From assembly GCA_963790305.1 (NCBI GenBank), contig CAWBOC010000011.1, positions 1 through 46,571 of the forward strand: a DNA stretch of 46,571 bases, read 5' to 3'. Origin of the DNA: an uncultured Gemmatimonadaceae bacterium. Lineage in GTDB: Bacteria > Gemmatimonadota > Gemmatimonadetes > Gemmatimonadales > Gemmatimonadaceae. Numbering within the stretch: position 1 is the stretch's first letter; each line of letters starts with the position of its first letter. The notes under the pieces are model-generated. The model saw only the letters and a list, made by a program, of their open reading frames with translations. It was not told the DNA's origin and ran no database searches. A program made the translations under genes and the position numbers. Positions 1-8,691 of the stretch are shown here, one piece after another.

Positions 1-1
1 C

Positions 2-202
2 GCCAACCGGGACTGTCTCGGTCCGTTCGGTTCCCTCGAGGGTTTTCAGCGCGTCAAAGGGGTGGGACCAGCCATGGTGAAAACCCTCGCTCCTTACGTG
101 ACGTTTTCGGGCACACCGCGTCCATCTCCCGTAGGCGCACGAGTTAGCACGCGGCGCCGCGTCTCTCCGCGAGAGGCGCGCGATGCTCGCGTGCCCCCCT
201 GA
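2..202 (+). CDS. comEA: ComEA-like helix-hairpin-helix DNA-uptake protein, C-terminal part (partial; not in the ORF track)
   Basis: Manual translation from nt 2: ANRDCLGPFGSLEGFQRVKGVGPAMVKTLAPYVTF...PP*. GPFxSxExxxRVKGVGP is the ComEA HhH signature; it lies directly upstream of pilB. Confidence 0.75.
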   Translation, partial: ANRDCLGPFGSLEGFQRVKGVGPAMVKTLAPYVTFSGTPRPSPVGARVSTRRRVSPREARDARVPP

Positions 203-204
203 GC

Positions 205-225
205 GTTCGCAGTCCGCAGTTCGCA
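205..225. repeat. 7-bp tandem repeat GTTCGCA-GTCCGCA-GTTCGCA
   Basis: Three copies right after the comEA stop; same unit family as the repeat at 11188-11252. Confidence 0.6.
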
Positions 226-256
226 AGCTCTCCTTCGAATACCCGCCTTCCCTTCC

Positions 257-2082
<1,826 letters not shown>

Positions 2083-2086
2083 TGAG

Positions 2087-2193
2087 CAGGTGTCAGGAGT
2101 CAGGAGTCAGGAATCAGGGGGTTCCACGAATGAGGGCACCCCAGGTCCTCACCCTGAAACCCCCTGATCCTGACTCCTGACTACTGACCCCTG
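2087..2193. repeat. Inverted pair of heptamer arrays (CAGGAGT)n ... (ACTCCTG)n forming a long hairpin
   Basis: CAGGTGT CAGGAGT CAGGAGT CAGGAAT CAGGGGGTT ... AACCCCCTG ATCCTG ACTCCTG ACTACTG ACCCCTG fills the pilB-pilT spacer. Confidence 0.9.
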
Positions 2194-2197
2194 TCAA

Positions 2198-3376
2198 ATG
2201 ACTGCACCATCAACCGCACCGGCCGGCGTCAACCTCCGATCACTCCTCGAGGAGATGATCGAGCGGGACGCATCCGACCTGCACATCACCGCGGGCGAGC
2301 GTCCGAAGCTCCGCATCGACGGCGACATTCAGAACTCGAATGTCGACTACGTCCTCACCCCGAAGGACACGCTGACGCTGGCGTACTCGATTCTCACCGA
2401 GAACCAGAAGAAGCGCTTCGAGACCGAGGACGAGCTCGACTTCTCGTTCGGCATTCAGAATCTGGCGCGCTTCCGCGGCAACTGCTTCAAGCAGCGCGGC
2501 TGCGTCTCGCTGGTGATCCGGCAGATCCCCTTCAACATCCGCACGTTCGAGGAGCTCGGTCTCGCCGGCGTGGTGGCGAAGATGGCGGAGAAGCCGCGCG
2601 GCCTCGTACTGGTTACCGGTCCCACTGGCTCCGGGAAATCGACGACGCTCGCCGCCATGCTCGACAAGATCAATCGCGAGCGCCGTGGCCACATCATCAC
2701 TGTCGAAGACCCGATCGAGTTCATTCACCGCCACCAGAACTGCATCGTCAACCAGCGCGAGGTCGGCAGCGACACCAAGTCGTTCGCCAACGCCCTCAAA
2801 TACGCGCTGCGTGAAGACCCCGACGTCATTCTGATCGGCGAAATGCGCGACCTGGAGACCATCCAGGCCGCGCTGACCATTGCCGAAACCGGTCACCTCG
2901 CGTTCGCCACGCTGCACACCAACTCGGCGGCCGAGGCGATCAATCGCATCATTGACGTGTTCCCGTCGCACCAGCAGTCGCAGGTGCGTGCGCAGCTCGC
3001 GTTCGTGCTCGAGGGCATCGTCACGCAGACGCTGCTCCCTCGCGCGAAGGGCCGCGGCCGCGTCATGGCGGCCGAGATCCTCGTGGTCACCGCCGCGATT
3101 CGCGCGCTCATCCGCGAGGACAAGATCCACCAGATCTACTCGTCAATGCAGTCAGGAAAGAAGTTCGGCATGCAGACGCTGAACGACGCGCTGTACCAGC
3201 TGTACATGTCGCGAGAAGTCACGGCGGACGAGTGTCTCCGTGTCTCCGGCGATCCGAACGAGTTTCTGCGCATGATCGGGCAGCCGGCCCTCGGTGATGA
3301 GAATCCCGTGGACGGCAAGGGCGGTCAGAAGCCCGGACTGCCGAATTCGAAAACCGCGTCGCCTGCCCGGCGATAG
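2198..3376 (+). CDS. pilT: Type IV pilus retraction ATPase PilT
   Basis: ASDLHI, GPTGSGKSTT, ALREDPDVILIGEMRD, AETGHL, AIRALIRE (AIRNLIRE-like), GMQT motifs. Confidence 0.97.
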   Translation: MTAPSTAPAGVNLRSLLEEMIERDASDLHITAGERPKLRIDGDIQNSNVDYVLTPKDTLTLAYSILTENQKKRFETEDELDFSFGIQNLARFRGNCFKQRGCVSLVIRQIPFNIRTFEELGLAGVVAKMAEKPRGLVLVTGPTGSGKSTTLAAMLDKINRERRGHIITVEDPIEFIHRHQNCIVNQREVGSDTKSFANALKYALREDPDVILIGEMRDLETIQAALTIAETGHLAFATLHTNSAAEAINRIIDVFPSHQQSQVRAQLAFVLEGIVTQTLLPRAKGRGRVMAAEILVVTAAIRALIREDKIHQIYSSMQSGKKFGMQTLNDALYQLYMSREVTADECLRVSGDPNEFLRMIGQPALGDENPVDGKGGQKPGLPNSKTASPARR

Positions 3377-3407
3377 CCGCCGCACGCACGACTAGAGAGG
3401 AGGCACG

Positions 3408-4604
3408 ATGCCCACGTTTGCATATACCGCCCGCACCCTGAGCGGCGACCTCAAGTCGTCGACGATGGATGCGAACACGCGCGAGGATGTCGTCGCGCAG
3501 CTCCGTCGTCAAAAGCTCATCGTCGTGAAAGTCGACGAGGAGCGCGGCAGAAAGAAGGGAGGCGGGGGGAAGATCAAGACCCGCGACATCGTCATCTTCA
3601 CGCGACAGTTCGCGACGATGATCAACGCCGGTCTGCCACTCGTCCAGGCGCTCGACATTCTGTCGAAGCAGAGCGAGAACAAGACGCTGAAAGAAGTGAC
3701 GCGCCAGGTCGTGTACGACGTCGAGTCGGGCCACACCGTCGCCGACGCGCTCGGCAAGCACCCCAAGGCGTTCAGCGAGCTTTATGTCAATATGGTTGCT
3801 GCCGGCGAAGCCGGCGGTATTCTCGACACGATTCTGGGTCGACTGGCCATCTTCATGGAAAAGAACGACGCCCTCGTCCGCAAGGTGAAGGGCGCCATGA
3901 TCTACCCTGGCGTGATCATCAGCGTCGCGGTCATCGCGATCACCGTGCTGCTCGTGTTCGTCATTCCGACCTTCGAGCAAATGTTCGCGTCGGTGAATCT
4001 CACGCTGCCGTTGCCGACCCGTGTCGTCATCGGGATGTCCCGATTCCTCACCGGCTACTGGTGGGCGGTCCTCGCCACAATGATCGGTGGCACCTTCATG
4101 CTGAGGCGCTACTACGCGACGTCGGGCGGCAAGCTGGCCATCGACCGGCTCATGCTCAGGCTGCCTGTGCTCGGCGACGTCATCCGCAAGTCGTCTGTCT
4201 CGCGCTTCACGCGCACGCTCGGCACGCTCATCTCCTCCGGCGTCTCGATTCTCGATGGCCTCGAGATCACCGCGAAGACGGCGGGCAACCGGGTCATCCA
4301 CGACGCGATCATGGCATCGCGCTCGTCGATCGCCGGCGGTGATACGATCGCGGCGCCGCTCGCCAAGTCGGAGGTCTTCCCGCCGATGGTGATCTCGATG
4401 ATCGCCGTCGGTGAGCAGACCGGTGGTCTCGACGAGATGTTGTCGAAGATCGCCGACTTCTATGATGAGGAAGTGGATGCGGCCGTCAGCGCGCTGCTGA
4501 GCCTGCTCGAGCCGATGATGATCGTGTTCCTCGGCGTGGTCGTCGGCGGCATGGTCGTCGCCATGTACCTGCCGATCTTCGACATGATCAACGCGGTACA
4601 GTAA
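3408..4604 (+). CDS. pilC: Type IV pilus platform protein PilC (GspF family)
   Basis: FTRQFATMINAGLPL, AGEAGGILD, GEQTGGLDEML, LLEP; RBS GAGGAGG upstream. Confidence 0.97.
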   Translation: MPTFAYTARTLSGDLKSSTMDANTREDVVAQLRRQKLIVVKVDEERGRKKGGGGKIKTRDIVIFTRQFATMINAGLPLVQALDILSKQSENKTLKEVTRQVVYDVESGHTVADALGKHPKAFSELYVNMVAAGEAGGILDTILGRLAIFMEKNDALVRKVKGAMIYPGVIISVAVIAITVLLVFVIPTFEQMFASVNLTLPLPTRVVIGMSRFLTGYWWAVLATMIGGTFMLRRYYATSGGKLAIDRLMLRLPVLGDVIRKSSVSRFTRTLGTLISSGVSILDGLEITAKTAGNRVIHDAIMASRSSIAGGDTIAAPLAKSEVFPPMVISMIAVGEQTGGLDEMLSKIADFYDEEVDAAVSALLSLLEPMMIVFLGVVVGGMVVAMYLPIFDMINAVQ

Positions 4605-4743
4605 GGCGAATGCGCGAATGCGGAATGCGGATTAACCGCGTAAGACCGTAAGCGACAGAGGGCTCCGAGAAGTGTCTCGGAGCCCTCTGCGTTTCAGGGT
4701 CCTATGCAGTTAATCCGCATTCCGCATTCCGCGCATTCGCCTT
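4603..4743. repeat. About 140-bp inverted repeat with (GAATGCG)n/(CGCATTC)n arms
   Basis: AAGGCGAATGCGCGAATGCGGAATGCGGATTAAC ... GTTAATCCGCATTCCGCATTCCGCGCATTCGCCTT between convergent genes. Confidence 0.9.
4656..4689. terminator. Perfect 15-bp stem hairpin, probable bidirectional terminator
   Basis: CAGAGGGCTCCGAGA-AGTG-TCTCGGAGCCCTCTG nested in the heptamer IR between convergent pilC and the TIR-like gene. Confidence 0.65.
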
Positions 4744-4746
4744 CCG

Positions 4747-5727
4747 TCAACCCGCGGCTTGCACGGCGACTTCCCCGAGCCGCGCCGTCAACGACGCCAT
4801 GCATCGCGCGGCGAGATCGCGTGACGTGTATGTCCCCAGGGGACGGCCGTCCCGCCGCCAACGCCAGGTCTGCTCGGTGGCCGCGTCCGCGACGAAGACA
4901 TCCTCGCGTAACAGAGTCGCCGGCTGGTACGTATGGCGCACCGGAGCGCGCTCGGGCACCTGGTCCGTTCCGCGACGCACGATGCCCTCCCACTCCATGA
5001 TCATCAGGCGCCCCTCGATCACCGCATCGGTGCGGGAGCGGATCCACGACATCGTGAGAGCGACCGGGCCGAGCTGGATGATGCAGCGACCAGCGCCGCG
5101 CCTCACCTCGATCTCTCCCGCTGCTTCATCGCGCTCCATCGACTCGACACGCTGGATGACATCATCGGCCAGACGCTCGAGCTCGCGAGCGCACGCAGGT
5201 CCCGAGCGGTGCGAGCCGAGGTACGTGTCCCGATCGCGAACGAGCCGCTCATAGTCCGCGGCGCGAGCGGTCGCGTCTTCCGGCACGTGGTCGCGAAGCC
5301 GACCGCCCTGGGCGCTGATCGACTCGAGCAGGATCTCGATGCTTTCCTCGAGTCCTTTCTTGCCGAGATCGGTGACCTTCGCCTTTCGCGCCCACGCGGG
5401 GAGGGGCGCCTCGTCGAGTGGGACGAAGAAGACCGTCGATGCCGCTCCACGCGCGATGCGCGTCTCGAGAGCGGCGCGATCCTCGCTGGTCGGCGGCCTG
5501 CGTCCCCACAGGCGGTCGTGCAGAACGACGACGGTGCGCGCACTGGCGCAGACGTCAGTCGTGGTCGTTCCTTCCGCGTCCGCCATCGACGGATCGCGCA
5601 TCCAGACGCAGCGTGACTCGTTGAGCCGCGCGCGGAGACGATCGGCGAGGAATCGCGCCGTGTCGCTCTCGTACTCCGCGCCGAGGATGGCCGTGTCGTA
5701 CTTCGGCCGGGCGGAGCCCTTGATCAT
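4747..5727 (-). CDS. Protein with an N-terminal degenerate TIR-like domain and an unknown C-terminal domain
   Basis: KYDTAILGAE..ARFLADRLRARL..VW..SARTVVVLHDRLWG..VFFVPLDEAPLPAW follows the TIR beta/alpha pattern. ATG overlaps the rpsU stop (ATGA). Confidence 0.6.
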   Translation of the reverse strand: MIKGSARPKYDTAILGAEYESDTARFLADRLRARLNESRCVWMRDPSMADAEGTTTTDVCASARTVVVLHDRLWGRRPPTSEDRAALETRIARGAASTVFFVPLDEAPLPAWARKAKVTDLGKKGLEESIEILLESISAQGGRLRDHVPEDATARAADYERLVRDRDTYLGSHRSGPACARELERLADDVIQRVESMERDEAAGEIEVRRGAGRCIIQLGPVALTMSWIRSRTDAVIEGRLMIMEWEGIVRRGTDQVPERAPVRHTYQPATLLREDVFVADAATEQTWRWRRDGRPLGTYTSRDLAARCMASLTARLGEVAVQAAG

Positions 5728-5912
5728 CGCTTCGACCTCGAGCGTTCACGCCGTCTCGCGGCCGCCGACTTGAGCTGGCGCGCCTCGCTCGGCTTTACGT
5801 AGTGACGGCGGCTGCGGAGATCCTTGAGGATCCCGGAGCGCATCACCTTCCGCTTGAATGCCTTGAGCGCCCATTCGATGCGGTCGCCTTCGGCGAGCTG
5901 AACTTCTACCAT
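5724..5912 (-). CDS. rpsU: 30S ribosomal protein S21
   Basis: MVEVQLAEGDRIEWALKAFKRKVMRSGILKDLRSRRHYVKPSEARQLK; RBS GGAGGAG before the ATG at 5912. Confidence 0.93.
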   Translation of the reverse strand: MVEVQLAEGDRIEWALKAFKRKVMRSGILKDLRSRRHYVKPSEARQLKSAAARRRERSRSKR

Positions 5913-5946
5913 GTCTCCTCCGGTTGTTTGGTCCCTACTGCCCATG

Positions 5947-5992
5947 AAAAAACCGTTGGGTCGGTCCGGCAATGGCCGAACCGACCCAACGG
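5947..5992 (-). terminator. Intrinsic terminator after cspA
   Basis: Minus strand CCGTTGGGTCGGTTCGGC-CATT-GCCGGACCGACCCAACGG-TTTTTT. Confidence 0.85.
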
Positions 5993-6019
5993 CTTCATCT
6001 CACGTGCGGTGCAACAGAA

Positions 6020-6232
6020 TCAACGACCCAGCTTGACGACGTTCTCCGCCGCTGGTCCCTTCTGGCCCTGCACGATGTCGAACTCCACTTTCTCGCCCTC
6101 GGCGAGCGACTTGAAGCCGCTGCCCTGGATGGCCGAGTGATGGACGAAGCAGTCCTTCTGACCGCCCTCCGGCGTGATAAAGCCGAAGCCCTTCGCGTCA
6201 TTGAACCACTTCACTGTTCCGGTCGAACGCAT
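6020..6232 (-). CDS. cspA: Cold-shock protein (CspA family)
   Basis: [27 protein letters not shown] (RNP1/RNP2), 70 aa, RBS GAGGAG. Confidence 0.97.
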   Translation of the reverse strand: MRSTGTVKWFNDAKGFGFITPEGGQKDCFVHHSAIQGSGFKSLAEGEKVEFDIVQGQKGPAAENVVKLGR

Positions 6233-6396
6233 ACGATACTCCTCTGGTGTACTGGGGTCGGGGTCCGGAAGAAGTACCGTACGTACCGACTCATGTTGTT
6301 TCGTGGTCAAGGCCGCCACGATCGGCTTTCCCGTCTCGCCAGACGAGTCTGGCCGGGAACAACGAACGGGGCTTCGCGAGAGCGAGGCCCCGTCAT
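6233..6396 (-). promoter_or_regulatory. Long structured 5' leader of cspA
   Basis: Consecutive hairpins on the minus strand (ACGGGGCCTCGC/GCGAAGCCCCGT; GCCAGAC/GTCTGGC; CGTGG/CCACG). Long structured UTRs are typical of csp genes. Confidence 0.5.
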
Positions 6397-6480
6397 TTCC
6401 TCGACGCCGCGCCCAAATCGCGCGATCGTCCACTGGCACGAAACATAGTGCCGACCCGGTCCGAAGTCAATGCGTGGGAG

Positions 6481-6613
6481 GAGGTTGTCGAGGAGGTCGA
6501 GGTCGTCCAGGGTGTCTAGGTAGACCCACTTCCTCAGGGGATCTTGGAGTATTCTCACGTCGCTGCCCCCGCCGACTACCTCGACGACCTCGATCACCTC
6601 GACGACCCTCGAC
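6481..6613. repeat. Inverted pair of 9-bp tandem arrays (GAGGTCGTC)n ... (GACGACCTC)n
   Basis: GAGGTTGTC GAGGAGGTC GAGGTCGTC CAGGGTGTC TAGGTAGAC ... GACTACCTC GACGACCTC GATCACCTC GACGACCCTC, ending just before ATG 6616. Confidence 0.8.
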
Positions 6614-6615
6614 AA

Positions 6616-8115
6616 ATGACATCACGCGACCTCCTTGCTTCGGTACACGACCTCGACTGGCCCGCCGAGCGCGCGGGAGAGCTCGGCGACGAAATGGTCG
6701 GCTTGTGGACCGAGTATCTCTCGCGCCTTCGTGAGCTTCCGATCACGCACCCGAGCTCGGCCGAAGAGGTCCGCGCTGCAGTCACGCGTGAGGTGCCTGA
6801 CGAGCCCGTTCCAGTCGCCGAGCTCATCGCGTACCTGCGCACGCTCGTTTTCGAGAACTCGACACTCACGGGGCATCCCGGCTTCGTGGCGTACATCTCT
6901 GGAGCGGGCACGGTTCCAGGCGCAGCCGCAGACCTCATCGCGGCCGCGATCAATCAGAACGTGGGCGGATGGCGTCTATCACCGGGCGCCACCGAGATCG
7001 AGCTGCACCTCATGCGCTGGTTTGGGGAGCGGCTCGGCTTTCCCGAGACGGCGGGTGGCTTCATCACAACGGGCGGGGCGATGGCCTCGCTGTTCGGACT
7101 GACGGTCGCGCGCGACGTGCGCGCCGGATGGGACGTTCGCAGGCTTGGCGTCGCCGCTGGTCCACCACTCACGCTCTATGCATCGGCCGAGGTGCACACC
7201 GTCAACGCGCGCGCGTGCGACATGCTCGGGCTGGGCGCCGACGCGCTGCGTCTCATTCCGGTGGACGACCAGCTGCGCATTCGAGTGGATCTCCTCAGCG
7301 AGGCGATCACACGCGACCGCGCGGCGGGGAAAAGGCCACTCGCCGTCATCGCGACGGCTGGCACCGTGGGGACCGGGGCGATCGATCCCATCGACGCGAT
7401 AGCGGATCTGTGCGAGCGCGAAGAGCTCTGGCTTCACGTCGACGGTGCGTACGGCGGTATCGCGGCGCTCACGGACCAGCTGCGTCCGCTGTTCGCCGGC
7501 ATTGAGCGCGCCGACTCAGTGGCGCTCGATCCGCACAAGTGGCTCTACACGCCGCACTCGGGAGGCGCGGTGATCGTGCGCGACCAACGCCAGCTCTCGC
7601 AGGCGTTCGGCGTGAATCCCTCGTATGTCCACGAGGACAAGGAGCTCACGCGTCGCGGCCTCGACTTCTATGCCCACAGCCCGAACTTTTCACGCGGCTT
7701 TCACGCGCTGAAGATCTGGGTCTCGCTGCTTGCCCACGGATGGAGCGCATACCAGCGCCGCATCACGCACGACGTCGCGCTGGCGCGCTATCTGTTCGAG
7801 AGCGCGGGCTCGCACGAGGAGCTCGAGACGGTCGGTCAGCCGCCTGACCTTTCGATTGCGTGCTTCCGCTACGTCCCCCGCGAGCTTCGCGGTGACGCAA
7901 GCGCCGAGCCCTACCTCAACGCGCTCAACGAGCGCCTGATGGCTGAGCTGCAGCTCGGCGGCCGCGTCTTCCCATCGAACGCGGTGATCAATGGCCGATT
8001 CGCCATTCGCGCATGCATCGTGAATTTTCGCACCGAGGTCGCGGACATGGATGCGCTGGTAGACGAAGCGGTCGCACATGGTCGTCGCCTGCACGCGGAG
8101 CGCGGCCGGGCGTGA
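6616..8115 (+). CDS. Group II PLP-dependent amino-acid decarboxylase (DDC/GadA family)
   Basis: HPGFVAYI, SPGATEIE, ATAGTVGTGAID, WLHVDGAYGG, DPHKWLY (PLP Lys), IRACIVNFRT. Start moved to 6616 because the upstream extension is repeat-derived. Confidence 0.93.
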   Translation: MTSRDLLASVHDLDWPAERAGELGDEMVGLWTEYLSRLRELPITHPSSAEEVRAAVTREVPDEPVPVAELIAYLRTLVFENSTLTGHPGFVAYISGAGTVPGAAADLIAAAINQNVGGWRLSPGATEIELHLMRWFGERLGFPETAGGFITTGGAMASLFGLTVARDVRAGWDVRRLGVAAGPPLTLYASAEVHTVNARACDMLGLGADALRLIPVDDQLRIRVDLLSEAITRDRAAGKRPLAVIATAGTVGTGAIDPIDAIADLCEREELWLHVDGAYGGIAALTDQLRPLFAGIERADSVALDPHKWLYTPHSGGAVIVRDQRQLSQAFGVNPSYVHEDKELTRRGLDFYAHSPNFSRGFHALKIWVSLLAHGWSAYQRRITHDVALARYLFESAGSHEELETVGQPPDLSIACFRYVPRELRGDASAEPYLNALNERLMAELQLGGRVFPSNAVINGRFAIRACIVNFRTEVADMDALVDEAVAHGRRLHAERGRA

Positions 8116-8148
8116 CGCCGCCCGGGCGAATCGAGTCTTTTCATCGAG

Positions 8149-8547
8149 ATGCTGATTCGCCATTCGTTCATCGGGCTCGCTCTGCTGGTCACCGCCTGCG
8201 GCGGTGACGTGGCATCCATGCGTCCTACGCCGGCGCAGGAGTTCGTCATCCAGGTGGAAGGCGAGCAGTTCCGCCTGCGCACCAGCAATCCGGCGACCGC
8301 GAGCGCCCTCGACGCGCGCCGCCGCTCCGGAACGCTCGGCGTCGTCTCCGGCCGCCTCGTGCGTGGCGACGGCGGCTTCAACGTGCCGTGGAGCTGGCAT
8401 CTCGACCCGCTCTCGATCGAGGTTCCCCAGGCCTCGATCGAGCTGTGCGATGGGCGGCCTTCAATGGTCCAGGGCGATCTCGAGTACTGGGTCGACACCG
8501 TAGGCAGGTACTGCCCCTGGGCCGCGCGAGTGTACGACGCTCAATAA
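8149..8547 (+). CDS. Small lipoprotein, probable BP74-N-like domain
   Basis: Lipobox LVTA-C; conserved-looking core PWSWHLDP..IELCDGRPS..YCPW. Confidence 0.65.
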   Translation: MLIRHSFIGLALLVTACGGDVASMRPTPAQEFVIQVEGEQFRLRTSNPATASALDARRRSGTLGVVSGRLVRGDGGFNVPWSWHLDPLSIEVPQASIELCDGRPSMVQGDLEYWVDTVGRYCPWAARVYDAQ

Positions 8548-8582
8548 CAGGGGTCAGGAGTCAGGGGTCAGGGATCAGGGGG
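8548..8582. repeat. Heptamer array (CAGGRGT)n
   Basis: CAGGGGT CAGGAGT CAGGGGT CAGGGAT CAGGGGG begins immediately after the TAA; same unit as 2087-2122. Confidence 0.85.
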
Positions 8583-8598
8583 TGTCGGGATGAAGGTT

Positions 8599-8626
8599 CG
8601 AGGAGAGCGCCGCCGTTCTCTCCTCG
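8599..8626 (+). terminator. Hairpin, possible terminator
   Basis: CGAGGAGAG-N10-CTCTCCTCG; no strong U-tract. Confidence 0.35.
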
Positions 8627-8629
8627 TAC

Positions 8630-8682
8630 ACACTTCTCTCACAACTGTAGCGTTGTATCCGGTCGAATGGCCGCCCTATCAT
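8630..8682 (+). promoter_or_regulatory. 22-bp putative regulator box plus sigma70-like promoter of the kinase gene
   Basis: ACACTTCTCTCACAACTGTAGC (8630-8651; 19/22 identical to 11146-11167), followed by TTGTAT-N18-TATCAT. Confidence 0.55.
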
Positions 8683-8691
8683 CTTGGTGTG

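Noticed and set aside
2087..2193. Repeat arrays as CRISPR or transposon ends
   Set aside because: Units are 7-9 bp with no spacers; no cas or transposase genes and no clear target-site duplications.
6434..6452. TGGCACG as a sigma54 promoter
   Set aside because: There is no GC at the -12 position; it is better explained as a small GGCAC/GTGCC hairpin.
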